From Atribacterota bacterium (GTDB lineage Bacteria; Atribacterota; Phoenicimicrobiia; Phoenicimicrobiales; Stramentimicrobiaceae), in NCBI GenBank assembly GCA_028717805.1, contig JAQUNC010000003.1, positions 28,924-92,923 on the forward strand: a stretch of 64,000 nt of DNA. The letters are read 5' to 3'. Below the pieces are notes generated by a model, which was given only the letters and a program-made list of their open reading frames with translations, searched no databases and had not been told where the DNA came from. A program made the position numbers and the translations under genes. Below are positions 31,574-41,177 of this stretch, piece by piece; the stretch's first letter is position 1, and each line of letters starts with the position of its first letter.

Positions 31574-33398
31574 TAATATTCTTATTCTTAATATTTAAGA
31601 ATATCTCATGATATCCTTCTATAACAAAATTAGTATCCAGGATAACCTTTAAGTTATTTTTAATATCATCCGTATCATTTCTAATCATTAAGTTCGGCCT
31701 TTCATTATCATTAAACAGAACAACTTCTGCAATTATCTGGTTATTTTTCTCCTTTTCCTTTAGGTATTTTTCAATCTCTGGCCAACCATTTAACAAATAA
31801 TTCTGATTATCTTGGGGAATAGATTTACCACTTATCTCTTCTTTTGATGAGCCTCCTCTGACTATTACTACAGCACTACCAGCAGTTATATCATCAGGTA
31901 GTTTTATCTGAACCATTTTTTCTTCATCAGCTTGTCTAAAAGGAGTAATTATAATCGGGATTTCAATAATATCCCCTGGATGACATTCTTTAATATCTAA
32001 TTTTACCTCTTTAATAATAGCTTTTTGGTTATGCTCTTTTATGGTAACATTAATTACAATTTCATTTAAATCTATTCTTTCATAGAAATTATTATACAAT
32101 AAATCAAATAAGTTGTTTAAATCTTGACTGATTTCTACTGCTATATCATTTTCACTGAAAAAAATATTATCATAGTGTAATATTTTTCCCGCATCATTGT
32201 ATCTAAGAGAAAACTTAATATTTGCTGTTCCTTGACCTATTCTATCAATAGCATTATCAACAGATTGAATCAAAAGGGCTGGTACAATGCTTTGTACAAT
32301 TTCTTTTTGTGGTATTACTTTTGTTCCACTGGCAATATTCATATCTCGATCGGAATCAAACACATTTATTTTACAAGAAACAATGCTAGGAAATCTATTT
32401 ATTCTAGCTAAGATACCCGCATTTCTATCTTGTATCACTTCTCCTAACAAAAGATAGGGTGAACCAATTTTAAAGGGCATTACAATACTGGGGAAGCTAT
32501 GATAAATATAAACGGCAGAAAAAAGATAAGATACATTACCATGATGCAAGAAAGGATGTCCAAATGCTAATACATAATTATCTTTACAATAAGTGGCTGT
32601 CCCTATGCTAATAGCGCTAACATCACCTGTAGATAACTGCACTCCAACAGCTGATCCAGGTAATATTTTTTTCATACCAGTATTAATTTCTAACTCATTA
32701 CTAATATCTGGAAATTCAGATATGGTTTGTATTAAAGTAATTCCATATTCCTGTAGATTATTTTTTATATAATCGCTAGCTCGCTCTCTAAAACCACCAA
32801 TTAATAGAGGTGATTGAATATATCGAAAATTGTATATTGAATTTAATATTGCTTCTAAATCTGTTAATTTTATTTTTAGGTTTTCATTAAAGTCTAAAGA
32901 AATAATAGCACTATTGATAGAGGCATTAGAATACACATTCTGTTTTTCTTTTCCTATATAATCAAACAGAGTTAACATCATATCTATTGGAGTTATAAGA
33001 CATAAGTTGTGTTCGCTCATTTCCCAGGCATGCGATATTGCTCCAGCTAATTTTCCTTCGAAATAGACCGGACTTCCACTCATACCTGCGGAAATTCCAC
33101 CATTATTATCAATTTTATCTCCACTTAATTTTACTAATATATAAGGATGGGAAATTCCTGTTCCGTGAATAACATCTATAACCTCAACTTCAAATTCCTC
33201 TATTTTTATACCTGAAAATACTGTTTTACCTATTCCTTTCATTCCAGAATGTATTTCATCAATTGTAATAAATTCTCCATAGTTTTCAGTAATTGCATAT
33301 ATGGGAATAGAAATATTGAAAACTATGGATATTAATAGAATATAAAAAAATTTCCAAACTAAAGGTTTATATAATTGGTTTTTATTCAAAAATATCAT
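31560..33398 (-). CDS. Membrane-anchored peptidase S55 (SpoIVB-like serine protease) domain protein. No N-terminal PDZ; ~450-aa C-terminal extension.
   Basis: 612 aa. After an N-terminal TM comes GISAGMSGSPVYFEGKLAGAISHAWEMSEHNLCLITPIDMML, matching the SpoIVB catalytic Ser block (GMSGSPI...GAVTHVF...WML). The rest has no recognised domain. Confidence 0.6.
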   Translation of the reverse strand: MIFLNKNQLYKPLVWKFFYILLISIVFNISIPIYAITENYGEFITIDEIHSGMKGIGKTVFSGIKIEEFEVEVIDVIHGTGISHPYILVKLSGDKIDNNGGISAGMSGSPVYFEGKLAGAISHAWEMSEHNLCLITPIDMMLTLFDYIGKEKQNVYSNASINSAIISLDFNENLKIKLTDLEAILNSIYNFRYIQSPLLIGGFRERASDYIKNNLQEYGITLIQTISEFPDISNELEINTGMKKILPGSAVGVQLSTGDVSAISIGTATYCKDNYVLAFGHPFLHHGNVSYLFSAVYIYHSFPSIVMPFKIGSPYLLLGEVIQDRNAGILARINRFPSIVSCKINVFDSDRDMNIASGTKVIPQKEIVQSIVPALLIQSVDNAIDRIGQGTANIKFSLRYNDAGKILHYDNIFFSENDIAVEISQDLNNLFDLLYNNFYERIDLNEIVINVTIKEHNQKAIIKEVKLDIKECHPGDIIEIPIIITPFRQADEEKMVQIKLPDDITAGSAVVIVRGGSSKEEISGKSIPQDNQNYLLNGWPEIEKYLKEKEKNNQIIAEVVLFNDNERPNLMIRNDTDDIKNNLKVILDTNFVIEGYHEIFLNIKNKNINETE

Positions 33399-33434
33399 AA
33401 TATTATTCTTTTTAATTATTATTAGTAGGTTATA

Positions 33435-34454
33435 TTAACGATGGCTGCTACTGATTAATCCCTGTTTCAGTAAATGTATCTGATCCAATACCTTACCAGC
33501 TCCTAAAGCAACACAAGATATTGGATTTTCAGCAACATAAGCTGGTATTTTATTTACTTTGGTCAGTAAAACATCAAAATTTCTCAATAATGAACCTCCA
33601 CCGGTTAGCACCATTCCCTTATCAGCAATATCAGCAGCTAATTCTGGTGGTGTTCTTTCCAAAACCATTCTAATAGAATCTAGTATTGCTTCTAAACTTT
33701 TTGAAATTGCCTCTAGCACCTCTGATGAACCTACTTCTATAGTTTTAGGCAATCCTGAAATAAGATCTCTTCCTCTAATTTCAGCAAACATTTCATTTTC
33801 TGGTTCCATTGCTGTACCAATTTCGATTTTTAAATTTTCAGCAGTTTTTTCACCAATCATTAAGTTATATTTGTTTTTAATATATTTTATTATATCTTCA
33901 TCAAAATTATTACCTGCTATTCTCAATGACTCACTCTCTACAATTCCACCTAAGGAAATGACTGCAATATCTGTTGTTCCTCCCCCCACATCAACAACCA
34001 TATTGCCATAAGGTTCGCTAATATCTAATCCGGCACCAATTGCAGCAGAGATAGATTCCTCTACTAGATAAGCTTTCTTAGCACCAGCTTGAATCGCAGC
34101 TTCTAAGGCTGCTCTCTTTTCTACCTCAGTACCGCCCGCCGGAACACATATTACTACTTGTGGTCGAAATAATCTAGAATTAGAAGATACTTTTTTTATA
34201 AAATACGTTAACATTTTTTCAGTTACATCATAATCAGCTATTACCCCTGCTTTCAAAGGTTCTAAAGCAATGATATTACTAGGAGTTTTACCTATCATTT
34301 CTTTAGCATCTTTACCTACAGCAAATACTTTTCCAGTATCACGATATATTGATACAACAGAAGGTTCTTGCAATACTATTCCTTTGCCTTTTTGATAAAT
34401 TAATACACTAACTGTCCCTAAATCAATTCCTAAACTTTTATCCATTCCTAGCAT
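33435..34454 (-). CDS. mreB: Rod shape-determining actin homolog MreB/Mbl
   Basis: 339 aa. GIDLGTVSVLIY, DVGGGTTD, actin-fold phosphate loops. Confidence 0.95.
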   Translation of the reverse strand: MLGMDKSLGIDLGTVSVLIYQKGKGIVLQEPSVVSIYRDTGKVFAVGKDAKEMIGKTPSNIIALEPLKAGVIADYDVTEKMLTYFIKKVSSNSRLFRPQVVICVPAGGTEVEKRAALEAAIQAGAKKAYLVEESISAAIGAGLDISEPYGNMVVDVGGGTTDIAVISLGGIVESESLRIAGNNFDEDIIKYIKNKYNLMIGEKTAENLKIEIGTAMEPENEMFAEIRGRDLISGLPKTIEVGSSEVLEAISKSLEAILDSIRMVLERTPPELAADIADKGMVLTGGGSLLRNFDVLLTKVNKIPAYVAENPISCVALGAGKVLDQIHLLKQGLISSSHR

Positions 34455-34572
34455 ATATAAAAGTACCTCCTCTAAATCTCATTTGCTAGTGCATCAATAC
34501 TAATTATTATTTATACAAACCATTTAATATTTTACCATAAATAAAATATATTTTGTCGTACTTTAATTGTTA

Positions 34573-35847
34573 CTAACCTCTTTTTATCTTGGCTCCCAGC
34601 TTTCTTAACTTATCTTCCATCTTAACATAGCCTCTGTCAATATGATATATTCTGCTTATTTCAGTAGTTCCTTCTGCCGCCAATCCTGCCAGAACCAGGG
34701 CAGCGCCACCTCTTAAATCGGAAGCCATAACGGGAGCGGCACTAAGTTTTTTTACACCTTTGATAATACTATTTCTACCTTCGATTTTTATATCTGCTCC
34801 CATCCTTCTCAAATCACCAGCATGAGCAAAACGATTTTCAAAAACATTTTCAGTAATAATACTCGTACCATTTGCAATGGACATTAAAGCCATAAATTGG
34901 GCTTGCATATCAGTAGGAAATCCCGGAAATGGCATTGTTTTTATATCAACTGATTTTAGAATACCCGAATTAGAAATAATTACACTATCATCCTCTTTAG
35001 TATCAATCTTTATACCAGCTTCTTCTAATTTTACAATACATGATTTTAGATAATAAGGATTAACATGTTTAATTTCTATGGTTCCTCCAGTAATTGCAGC
35101 CGCTACCATATAAGTTCCTGCTTCAATTCTATCTGGAATAATACGGTAATGAACACCTTTTAATTTTTTTACTCCCGAAATAGTGACAATATCAGTACCA
35201 AGTCCATTTACTTTTGCTCCCATTTTATTTAAAAAAGTACCCAGTTCGATTACTTCAGGATCTTTTGCTGCATTTTCAATCATAGTAATGCCATCAGCTA
35301 ATGAAGCAGCCATCATAATGTTTTCAGTAGCTCCCAGACTTGGAAAATCAAAATAAATATCATTCCCACTTAATCTTTTAACCTCTGCTTGAATATATCC
35401 CTTTTCAGTAATAATATTTGCTCCGAGTGCTCGAAATCCTTTTAAATGAAAGTCAACTGGTCTAGCACCAATGGCACATCCACCTGGAAGAGATATCCTG
35501 GCTTTTTTTAATCTAGCTAATAAAGGACCCATTACTAAAAAAGAAGCCCTCATCGTTTTAACTAATTCATATGGTGCTTCGTAATTATTAAAATCATCAG
35601 GATCTATATACAAGGTACTACTATCTTTCCATTCCACTTTAATTCCAAGAGTTTTTATAACCTCTATCATGCTGTAGACATCTTTTAATTGTGGTACATT
35701 TTCTAAAATACTTATCTCACTTGTTAAAAGACATGCTGCCATTATGGAAAGAGTAGAATTTTTTGCACCATCAATTACCACTATACCTTGTAGCGGAATG
35801 CCACCACTAATTAAAAACTTATCTTGATTTTGCAATTCTTTCACCAA
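34573..35847 (-). CDS. murA: UDP-N-acetylglucosamine 1-carboxyvinyltransferase
   Basis: 424 aa. MurA fold motifs, including catalytic Cys in LPGGCAIGARPVD. Confidence 0.95.
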   Translation of the reverse strand: MVKELQNQDKFLISGGIPLQGIVVIDGAKNSTLSIMAACLLTSEISILENVPQLKDVYSMIEVIKTLGIKVEWKDSSTLYIDPDDFNNYEAPYELVKTMRASFLVMGPLLARLKKARISLPGGCAIGARPVDFHLKGFRALGANIITEKGYIQAEVKRLSGNDIYFDFPSLGATENIMMAASLADGITMIENAAKDPEVIELGTFLNKMGAKVNGLGTDIVTISGVKKLKGVHYRIIPDRIEAGTYMVAAAITGGTIEIKHVNPYYLKSCIVKLEEAGIKIDTKEDDSVIISNSGILKSVDIKTMPFPGFPTDMQAQFMALMSIANGTSIITENVFENRFAHAGDLRRMGADIKIEGRNSIIKGVKKLSAAPVMASDLRGGAALVLAGLAAEGTTEISRIYHIDRGYVKMEDKLRKLGAKIKRG

Positions 35848-36902
35848 TCCTTTTCTTTTTTTATATATTTTGCTAAGAAAGACCCTAACGTTTTCCTATA
35901 AGGCGGTTTAAATACACCAAATTCAGTAATAATTGCAGTTATATTTTTATTGGGAGTGACATCAAAAGCCGGATTATATACAGCAATATCGTCTGGAGCA
36001 ATTTTCTTATCCATAATTTTAGTAACTTCTAGGGAATCTCTTTCTTCAATTGGTATATCTTTCCCATTTTCTATATTAAAATCAATGGTTGAGATCGGAG
36101 CAGCTACATAGAAAGGAATACTATGGTTTTTTGCTAACTCAGAAATACTATAGGTACCTATTTTATTTGCTACATCACCATTGATAGCAATTCGATCAGC
36201 TCCTACAATAACTTTATCAATTTTTCTCTGATACATTAAAAATCCAGCCACAGAATCACATATAAGAGTAACAGGTATTTTATCAATTTTAAGTTCCCAG
36301 GCAGTTAATCTGGCTCCTTGCAAAACAGGACGAGTTTCATCTATATATACTTTAATATTTTTCTTTTTTTTAAAAACTGAACGTATAACACCTAAAGCAG
36401 TACCGTAAAAAACAGTAGCCAGTGATCCAGCATTACAATGAGTTAATATGCTATCTCCATCCTGAAAAAGTATTAATCCATTTTCCCCAATACGATAATT
36501 AGTTTTAATATCCTGTTCAGCTAAACTTTCTGCTTTAAGCAATATTTTTTTTCTTAAACCATCTATTGATTCATCTGAACTGACGACTAAATTCCATATT
36601 TCTTCTAAAGCCCAAAATAAATTAACCGCAGTAGGCCTGGATTTTGACAATTCAATTTTTGCTTTTCTTAACTCATTGATAAAAATAGTTTTATTTTTTT
36701 CTTTGATAGTACTTGCTGCCAGAGCCATCCCATAGGCAGCAGCAACACCGATAGCGGGAGCACCCCTGATAGCCATACTCTTTATGGCTTTTATAACCTC
36801 ATAATAAGTTGTACAGGTCAATATTTCATATTTATGAGGTAATTGCCTTTGATCAATCATCAATACTTTGTTATCTTTCCATTCAATGGTTCTTGTTATC
36901 AT
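35841..36902 (-). CDS. mtnA: S-methyl-5-thioribose-1-phosphate isomerase (eIF-2B alpha/beta/delta family, MtnA-like)
   Basis: 353 aa. AIRGAPAIGVAAAYGMALAA and VGADRIAINGDVANKIGTY signatures. Confidence 0.85.
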   Translation of the reverse strand: MITRTIEWKDNKVLMIDQRQLPHKYEILTCTTYYEVIKAIKSMAIRGAPAIGVAAAYGMALAASTIKEKNKTIFINELRKAKIELSKSRPTAVNLFWALEEIWNLVVSSDESIDGLRKKILLKAESLAEQDIKTNYRIGENGLILFQDGDSILTHCNAGSLATVFYGTALGVIRSVFKKKKNIKVYIDETRPVLQGARLTAWELKIDKIPVTLICDSVAGFLMYQRKIDKVIVGADRIAINGDVANKIGTYSISELAKNHSIPFYVAAPISTIDFNIENGKDIPIEERDSLEVTKIMDKKIAPDDIAVYNPAFDVTPNKNITAIITEFGVFKPPYRKTLGSFLAKYIKKEKDW

Positions 36903-36952
36903 ATTCGTTATAATTCCATTTTTATATGTTTTTTTATCAATAACTTTCTTAA

Positions 36953-37411
36953 TTAAGTAAAAAGATTAATGATACCCATATTTGCCAGAGTAACAATTAT
37001 TCCCGCACTAACCACACCTCCTACCATCATTGGGAAAGCATAACAGAAACGTATTCCAAATAAGAAAGCTGCTACTGAACCGGTCCAAACTCCTGTTCCA
37101 GGAAAAGGAATGGCAACAAAAAAGAACAAAAATAATGCTCCATATTTTTCATATTTTTTTTCATATTTACCAGTTCTTCTAAATAACCAAGAAAAAAATA
37201 TATCAAAGATAGGCCATTTTCTTAAAAATTCAGAAAATGATTTTAGATACATCAGTAAAAACAATGCCGGAATTATATTTCCTAATACCGCAAATATATA
37301 GGTTGGCAATACCGGTAAATTGTAAATGTTCAAACCAACAGGTATCGCTCCTCTTAACTCTGTTACTGGAAGTGTTGATAAAAAACCGACTTTAATCAAA
37401 TTATATAACAA
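36953..37411 (-). CDS. Small membrane protein, putative small multidrug export family (Sm_multidrug_ex-like)
   Basis: 152 aa, 4 TM. N-terminal LSTLPVTELRGAIPVG resembles that family. Confidence 0.5.
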   Translation of the reverse strand: MLYNLIKVGFLSTLPVTELRGAIPVGLNIYNLPVLPTYIFAVLGNIIPALFLLMYLKSFSEFLRKWPIFDIFFSWLFRRTGKYEKKYEKYGALFLFFFVAIPFPGTGVWTGSVAAFLFGIRFCYAFPMMVGGVVSAGIIVTLANMGIINLFT

Positions 37412-38228
37412 TATTCTTTATTACCTTTTTTACAATATGAGTCATTAAAGGCTCTGAATGAGCAGCTGCATCTAATATTTCTTGAAAATGAACCTTTTCT
37501 ACTACTCCATCTATCGCTAAATCAGTTATACATGAAATACCTAATACTCGCATATTCATATGATTTGCTACAATTACTTCAGGAATTGTTGACATGCCTA
37601 CAGCATCAGCACCAATTTTAATAAGCATTCTATACTCTGCAGGAGTCTCCAACATTGGTCCTGTTAATCCTGCGTAAACTCCTTTGTGCAATTTTATACC
37701 ATCTTTAAGAGCAATTTCCTCAGATAGGGAAATTAGTTCTTTATCATATACTTCAGACATATCTGGAAAACGTGGACCTATTTTTTCATCATTCGGTCCA
37801 ATCAAAGGATTATCACCCATTAAATTAATATGATCATATATGAGCATTAAATCTCCCCTTTGAAAAGAGCGATTCATTCCTCCCGACGCATTAGATATGA
37901 TAATTATCTTGGCTCCCAATTCCCTCATTACGCGTACTGGAAAGGTTATTTCTTGCATACTATAGCCTTCATAATAGTGAAATCTACCCTGCATTGCAAC
38001 TACTAATTTATCTTCCAATTTGCCCATAACCAGATTACCACTATGTCCCGGAACAGTAGAAATAGGGAAATTTTTAATCTTATCATATGGTATTAGCACA
38101 CTATTTTCGATATCCTCGGCAAGTCTGCCTAATCCAGTACCAAGGATAATGGCAAGTTCTGGTTTGATTTTAGTATATTCTCTGATTGATTGGATGCTTT
38201 CTGTAATCTTTTGAAGAATTTCTCTCAT
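37401..38228 (-). CDS. Purine nucleoside / methylthioadenosine phosphorylase (PNP/MTAP trimeric family)
   Basis: 275 aa. ILGTGLG, VPGHSGNLVMG, MQGRFHYYEGY, GADAVGMST. All PNP family-2 signatures. Confidence 0.85.
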   Translation of the reverse strand: MREILQKITESIQSIREYTKIKPELAIILGTGLGRLAEDIENSVLIPYDKIKNFPISTVPGHSGNLVMGKLEDKLVVAMQGRFHYYEGYSMQEITFPVRVMRELGAKIIIISNASGGMNRSFQRGDLMLIYDHINLMGDNPLIGPNDEKIGPRFPDMSEVYDKELISLSEEIALKDGIKLHKGVYAGLTGPMLETPAEYRMLIKIGADAVGMSTIPEVIVANHMNMRVLGISCITDLAIDGVVEKVHFQEILDAAAHSEPLMTHIVKKVIKNIVI

Positions 38229-38284
38229 TAAAATCCCCCTATCATTCTTATTTTTCTCATACTATTTAAGACTACATATTACTA

Positions 38285-39211
38285 CTATATCCTAGGAAAA
38301 GCCTTAAAATATTCTTCTTTAATCCACTTTCTACTCACATGAGTGTATATCTGAGTCGTTGAAATATCCGAATGTCCTAACATCTCCTGTACTGTTCTTA
38401 AGTCTGCTCCATTCTCAATTAAATGAGTAGCCAGGGTATGCCTTAATGTATGAGGCGTTACTTTCTTTCTAATTCCAGATTTCCTGGCATAATTCTTTAT
38501 TAAATAGAAAATAGCCTGGCGAGTGATGGGTTTACCATTATTATTTAAAAACAATCTATTTGAATCCTCTTTTTTTATTAATTTTGGTCTAATTAATTGA
38601 AGATAATCAGTTAAGATACTGTGTGCTCTATCGGTAAAGGGAATCCACCTTTCCTTATTTCCCTTACCAATACATTTTAATAATTGATGATCCAGATTAA
38701 TATCATTCCTTTTAAGTGTTATTAATTCTGTAACTCTCATACCAGTAGCATATAAAAGTTCAATGATAGCCTGATCTCTCTTTCCTAACAGTCCTGTAAA
38801 ATTTCTTTCAGCTAAAAGTTTATCTAATTCTTTTAAATTCAAGGCTTCAGGTAATTTTTTTTGTAATCTAGGGAATTCGATAAATCTAGTTAAATCATTC
38901 TGTATATGCCCTTCAGAAAGTAAAAAACGATAAAACATTTTCAAAGCAATTAAATTACGAAAAATAGAATTAATAGATAAATTAATCTGATATAAATAAT
39001 GATAATATTGAGAAACAATATCTCTATTCACGTCTTGAAAAGATAGTTGTTTTTTATTTACTATAAATTCATGGTACTTTAACAAATCATAACGATAGGA
39101 AATAATGGTATTAGATGATAATCCTCTTTCTAGTGTTAGATATTCCAAAAAAGATTCTATTAAATCCTTTTGTTGATTATTATTATCAGTATTCAAAAAT
39201 CTTTCATTCAT
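38285..39211 (-). CDS. xerD: Tyrosine recombinase XerD/XerC
   Basis: 308 aa with LTLERGLSSNTIISYRYDL N-terminal core-binding and catalytic R..HxxR..Y (RHTLATHLIENGADLRTVQEMLGHSDISTTQIYTHV). Confidence 0.85.
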   Translation of the reverse strand: MNERFLNTDNNNQQKDLIESFLEYLTLERGLSSNTIISYRYDLLKYHEFIVNKKQLSFQDVNRDIVSQYYHYLYQINLSINSIFRNLIALKMFYRFLLSEGHIQNDLTRFIEFPRLQKKLPEALNLKELDKLLAERNFTGLLGKRDQAIIELLYATGMRVTELITLKRNDINLDHQLLKCIGKGNKERWIPFTDRAHSILTDYLQLIRPKLIKKEDSNRLFLNNNGKPITRQAIFYLIKNYARKSGIRKKVTPHTLRHTLATHLIENGADLRTVQEMLGHSDISTTQIYTHVSRKWIKEEYFKAFPRI

Positions 39212-39243
39212 TTAAAATCTTTTTATATTCATGTTATTAAAAA

Positions 39244-40728
39244 TTAATATATTATTTCTGTATCTGGATGAATTATCTGTATCCAGACATTTCCAGGTTG
39301 AATTGCCAGTCTGTTTCCATCTTTATTAAAAAAGTATGTTTTAGAACTTAATGTTTCTTTAGACCAGGTAATCTCTTCTGATTTACCATTATAAATAATT
39401 AATCCAGTTCCAGTACCAATAAAATCGATGGCCAGCCTACCTTCAGAATCCAATATCTTTTTATCACTATGTTGAATAATAATATTTTTAGCCTGTAGCT
39501 GCCTACCTGTTTCAATATCAACATGAGGCTCTTCATTTATAAATCTAATATATCTTTGAATTTCAGGGATATATTTATAACTAACAGTATAATTAACATT
39601 ATATTTAATATCTATCTTATTAACTTCTTTCCCGTTAAGTTTTTCATTTGAATCAATTTCAAATTGGTAGTCACCTTTATTGACCATTTCAATATAACCC
39701 AATCTCTTGGCTTCTTCTCTAAGTCGTTCAGTGGAAGAATAAAGATTATGAGGAGGTTTACGTTCCTGAATTCTCCAAAAAGGCTGAAAATGAATTAATT
39801 CATTGATATCATCTATTCTTTCTTCTCTTATAAATATTGCTGCATCAGGACTTTCTCCAGCATGTACATAAATAGCATTATGCTCAAGAGTTTTAGTAAT
39901 AAAATATGGCCTAGCGCTTCGAATAGGCCCAACTTTATCAGCTTCTTGTGTGGCAAAAATAGCTAAAAAACGTGTGATTCCACCTTCTGCAAGTACTTCA
40001 TAGACAATATTTGCATTTTCTAATCCACTTTGCGGCCTAGAATCCCTGGCATTATCGACCATAATCGCCAGTGCTCTTTTGCCAAAAGGAGATTCTTTTT
40101 CTACTGTTTTTGGTAAAGTACTGAATTCGCCAGGAGTTACAACTGTCCCATAAGTAGATTCAATACGTTCTCTTCCTTCTAAACCCAGCTTAGCTTGAAT
40201 TTCAAATTCTCCTTCTTCTAATACTTCTCCCTCAATTTCCCTTCTACTAGCAATACTAGGACTCAAGTCTCTTGCTGCTATTTGCACGTCATGCCTTAAC
40301 GATATTTCTTCCTTAATCGGCGCTATTTCTTCCTTAGCTTGAATATCAATCTCTGGCATTTTTACTTCAACCCTAGGACTGCTTTCTTCTTGTATTTCCT
40401 GTCTTTCCACCATTGGCTTAGTTTCAATTTCCTGTATTTTGGCTGGTTCAGGTAATGAGGGCTCTACTCTCGGTCTAACGCTTATCTCTGCTATTGGTTC
40501 TTCCCTAGTAATCTCAGGTCTAACAGTAGTAGGATTTTGAATGGAAGGTAGTTCTACTAAAGTAACCATTATTATTTCTTCTATTTCTGGAATATTTATA
40601 AAATCAAAAGATATAAAATTATTAAAAGCTAGAATGAATATAATATTAAGAATTAATGAAATTAGGAATGAACGCCCTAAAAAACTCTTTGAACGCTGTT
40701 TTCTTCTTTCTGATCTATATCCTACCAT
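39244..40728 (-). CDS. TonB/TolA-architecture protein (basic N-terminus, one TM, ~100-aa Pro/Glu-rich spacer) with C-terminal DUF3048 (YerB-like) domain
   Basis: 494 aa: RRKQRSKSF, TM LISLILNIIFILAF, spacer rich in P/E/I (VRPEITREEPIAEISVRPRVEPSLPEPAKIQEIETKPMVERQEIQEE...). The rest, from about 215, starts RALAIMVDNARDSRPQSGLENANIVYEVLAEGGITRFLAIF and matches the DUF3048 N-region. Starts 42 nt after exbD. Confidence 0.6.
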   Translation of the reverse strand: MVGYRSERRKQRSKSFLGRSFLISLILNIIFILAFNNFISFDFINIPEIEEIIMVTLVELPSIQNPTTVRPEITREEPIAEISVRPRVEPSLPEPAKIQEIETKPMVERQEIQEESSPRVEVKMPEIDIQAKEEIAPIKEEISLRHDVQIAARDLSPSIASRREIEGEVLEEGEFEIQAKLGLEGRERIESTYGTVVTPGEFSTLPKTVEKESPFGKRALAIMVDNARDSRPQSGLENANIVYEVLAEGGITRFLAIFATQEADKVGPIRSARPYFITKTLEHNAIYVHAGESPDAAIFIREERIDDINELIHFQPFWRIQERKPPHNLYSSTERLREEAKRLGYIEMVNKGDYQFEIDSNEKLNGKEVNKIDIKYNVNYTVSYKYIPEIQRYIRFINEEPHVDIETGRQLQAKNIIIQHSDKKILDSEGRLAIDFIGTGTGLIIYNGKSEEITWSKETLSSKTYFFNKDGNRLAIQPGNVWIQIIHPDTEIIY

Positions 40729-40769
40729 TTTTTTTATTAATCACCTTATTTAAATTTTATCTTTCCTAA

Positions 40770-41177
40770 TTACTCTTCTCTTGGTTTAGTAGCTATGGCA
40801 ATCCTTTCTGCTCCACCTTTCTTTATAAGGTCCATAACTCTAACAACTTTGCCATGAGTAATATTTTGATCTGCCTCTAAAACAACCAGAGATTTAGAGC
40901 TATCTTTAATTTCTTCTCTCACTATCTCAGATAAATTATTTGGATCGATTAATCGATTATTAACGTAAATTACGTTATTCTCAGTAATAGTAACAACTAC
41001 ATTCCTTTGCTCATTTACAGCTGCAAAATCACCACTGGGTAAATCTACTTTAACTCCACTTTCTACATTTATAAATGTGGTAGTTAACATAAAAAAGATA
41101 AGTAGCAAAAATACTACATCAATTAATGGAGTTAAATCAAATTTAAGAGTCTTACTATTGGGATGATAAAATTTCAT
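40770..41177 (-). CDS. exbD: Biopolymer transport protein ExbD/TolR
   Basis: 135 aa with the LTPLIDVVFLLLIFFM TM signature and periplasmic domain. Overlaps exbB by 23 nt. Confidence 0.85.
   Translation of the reverse strand: MKFYHPNSKTLKFDLTPLIDVVFLLLIFFMLTTTFINVESGVKVDLPSGDFAAVNEQRNVVVTITENNVIYVNNRLIDPNNLSEIVREEIKDSSKSLVVLEADQNITHGKVVRVMDLIKKGGAERIAIATKPREE

Noticed and set aside
38285-39211. Tyrosine recombinase considered as an integrase marking a mobile element or island boundary
   Set aside because: The sequence has the full XerD-type N-terminal core-binding and catalytic motifs. There are no flanking direct repeats, tRNA-adjacent att site, phage or transposase genes. The surrounding genes are core housekeeping.
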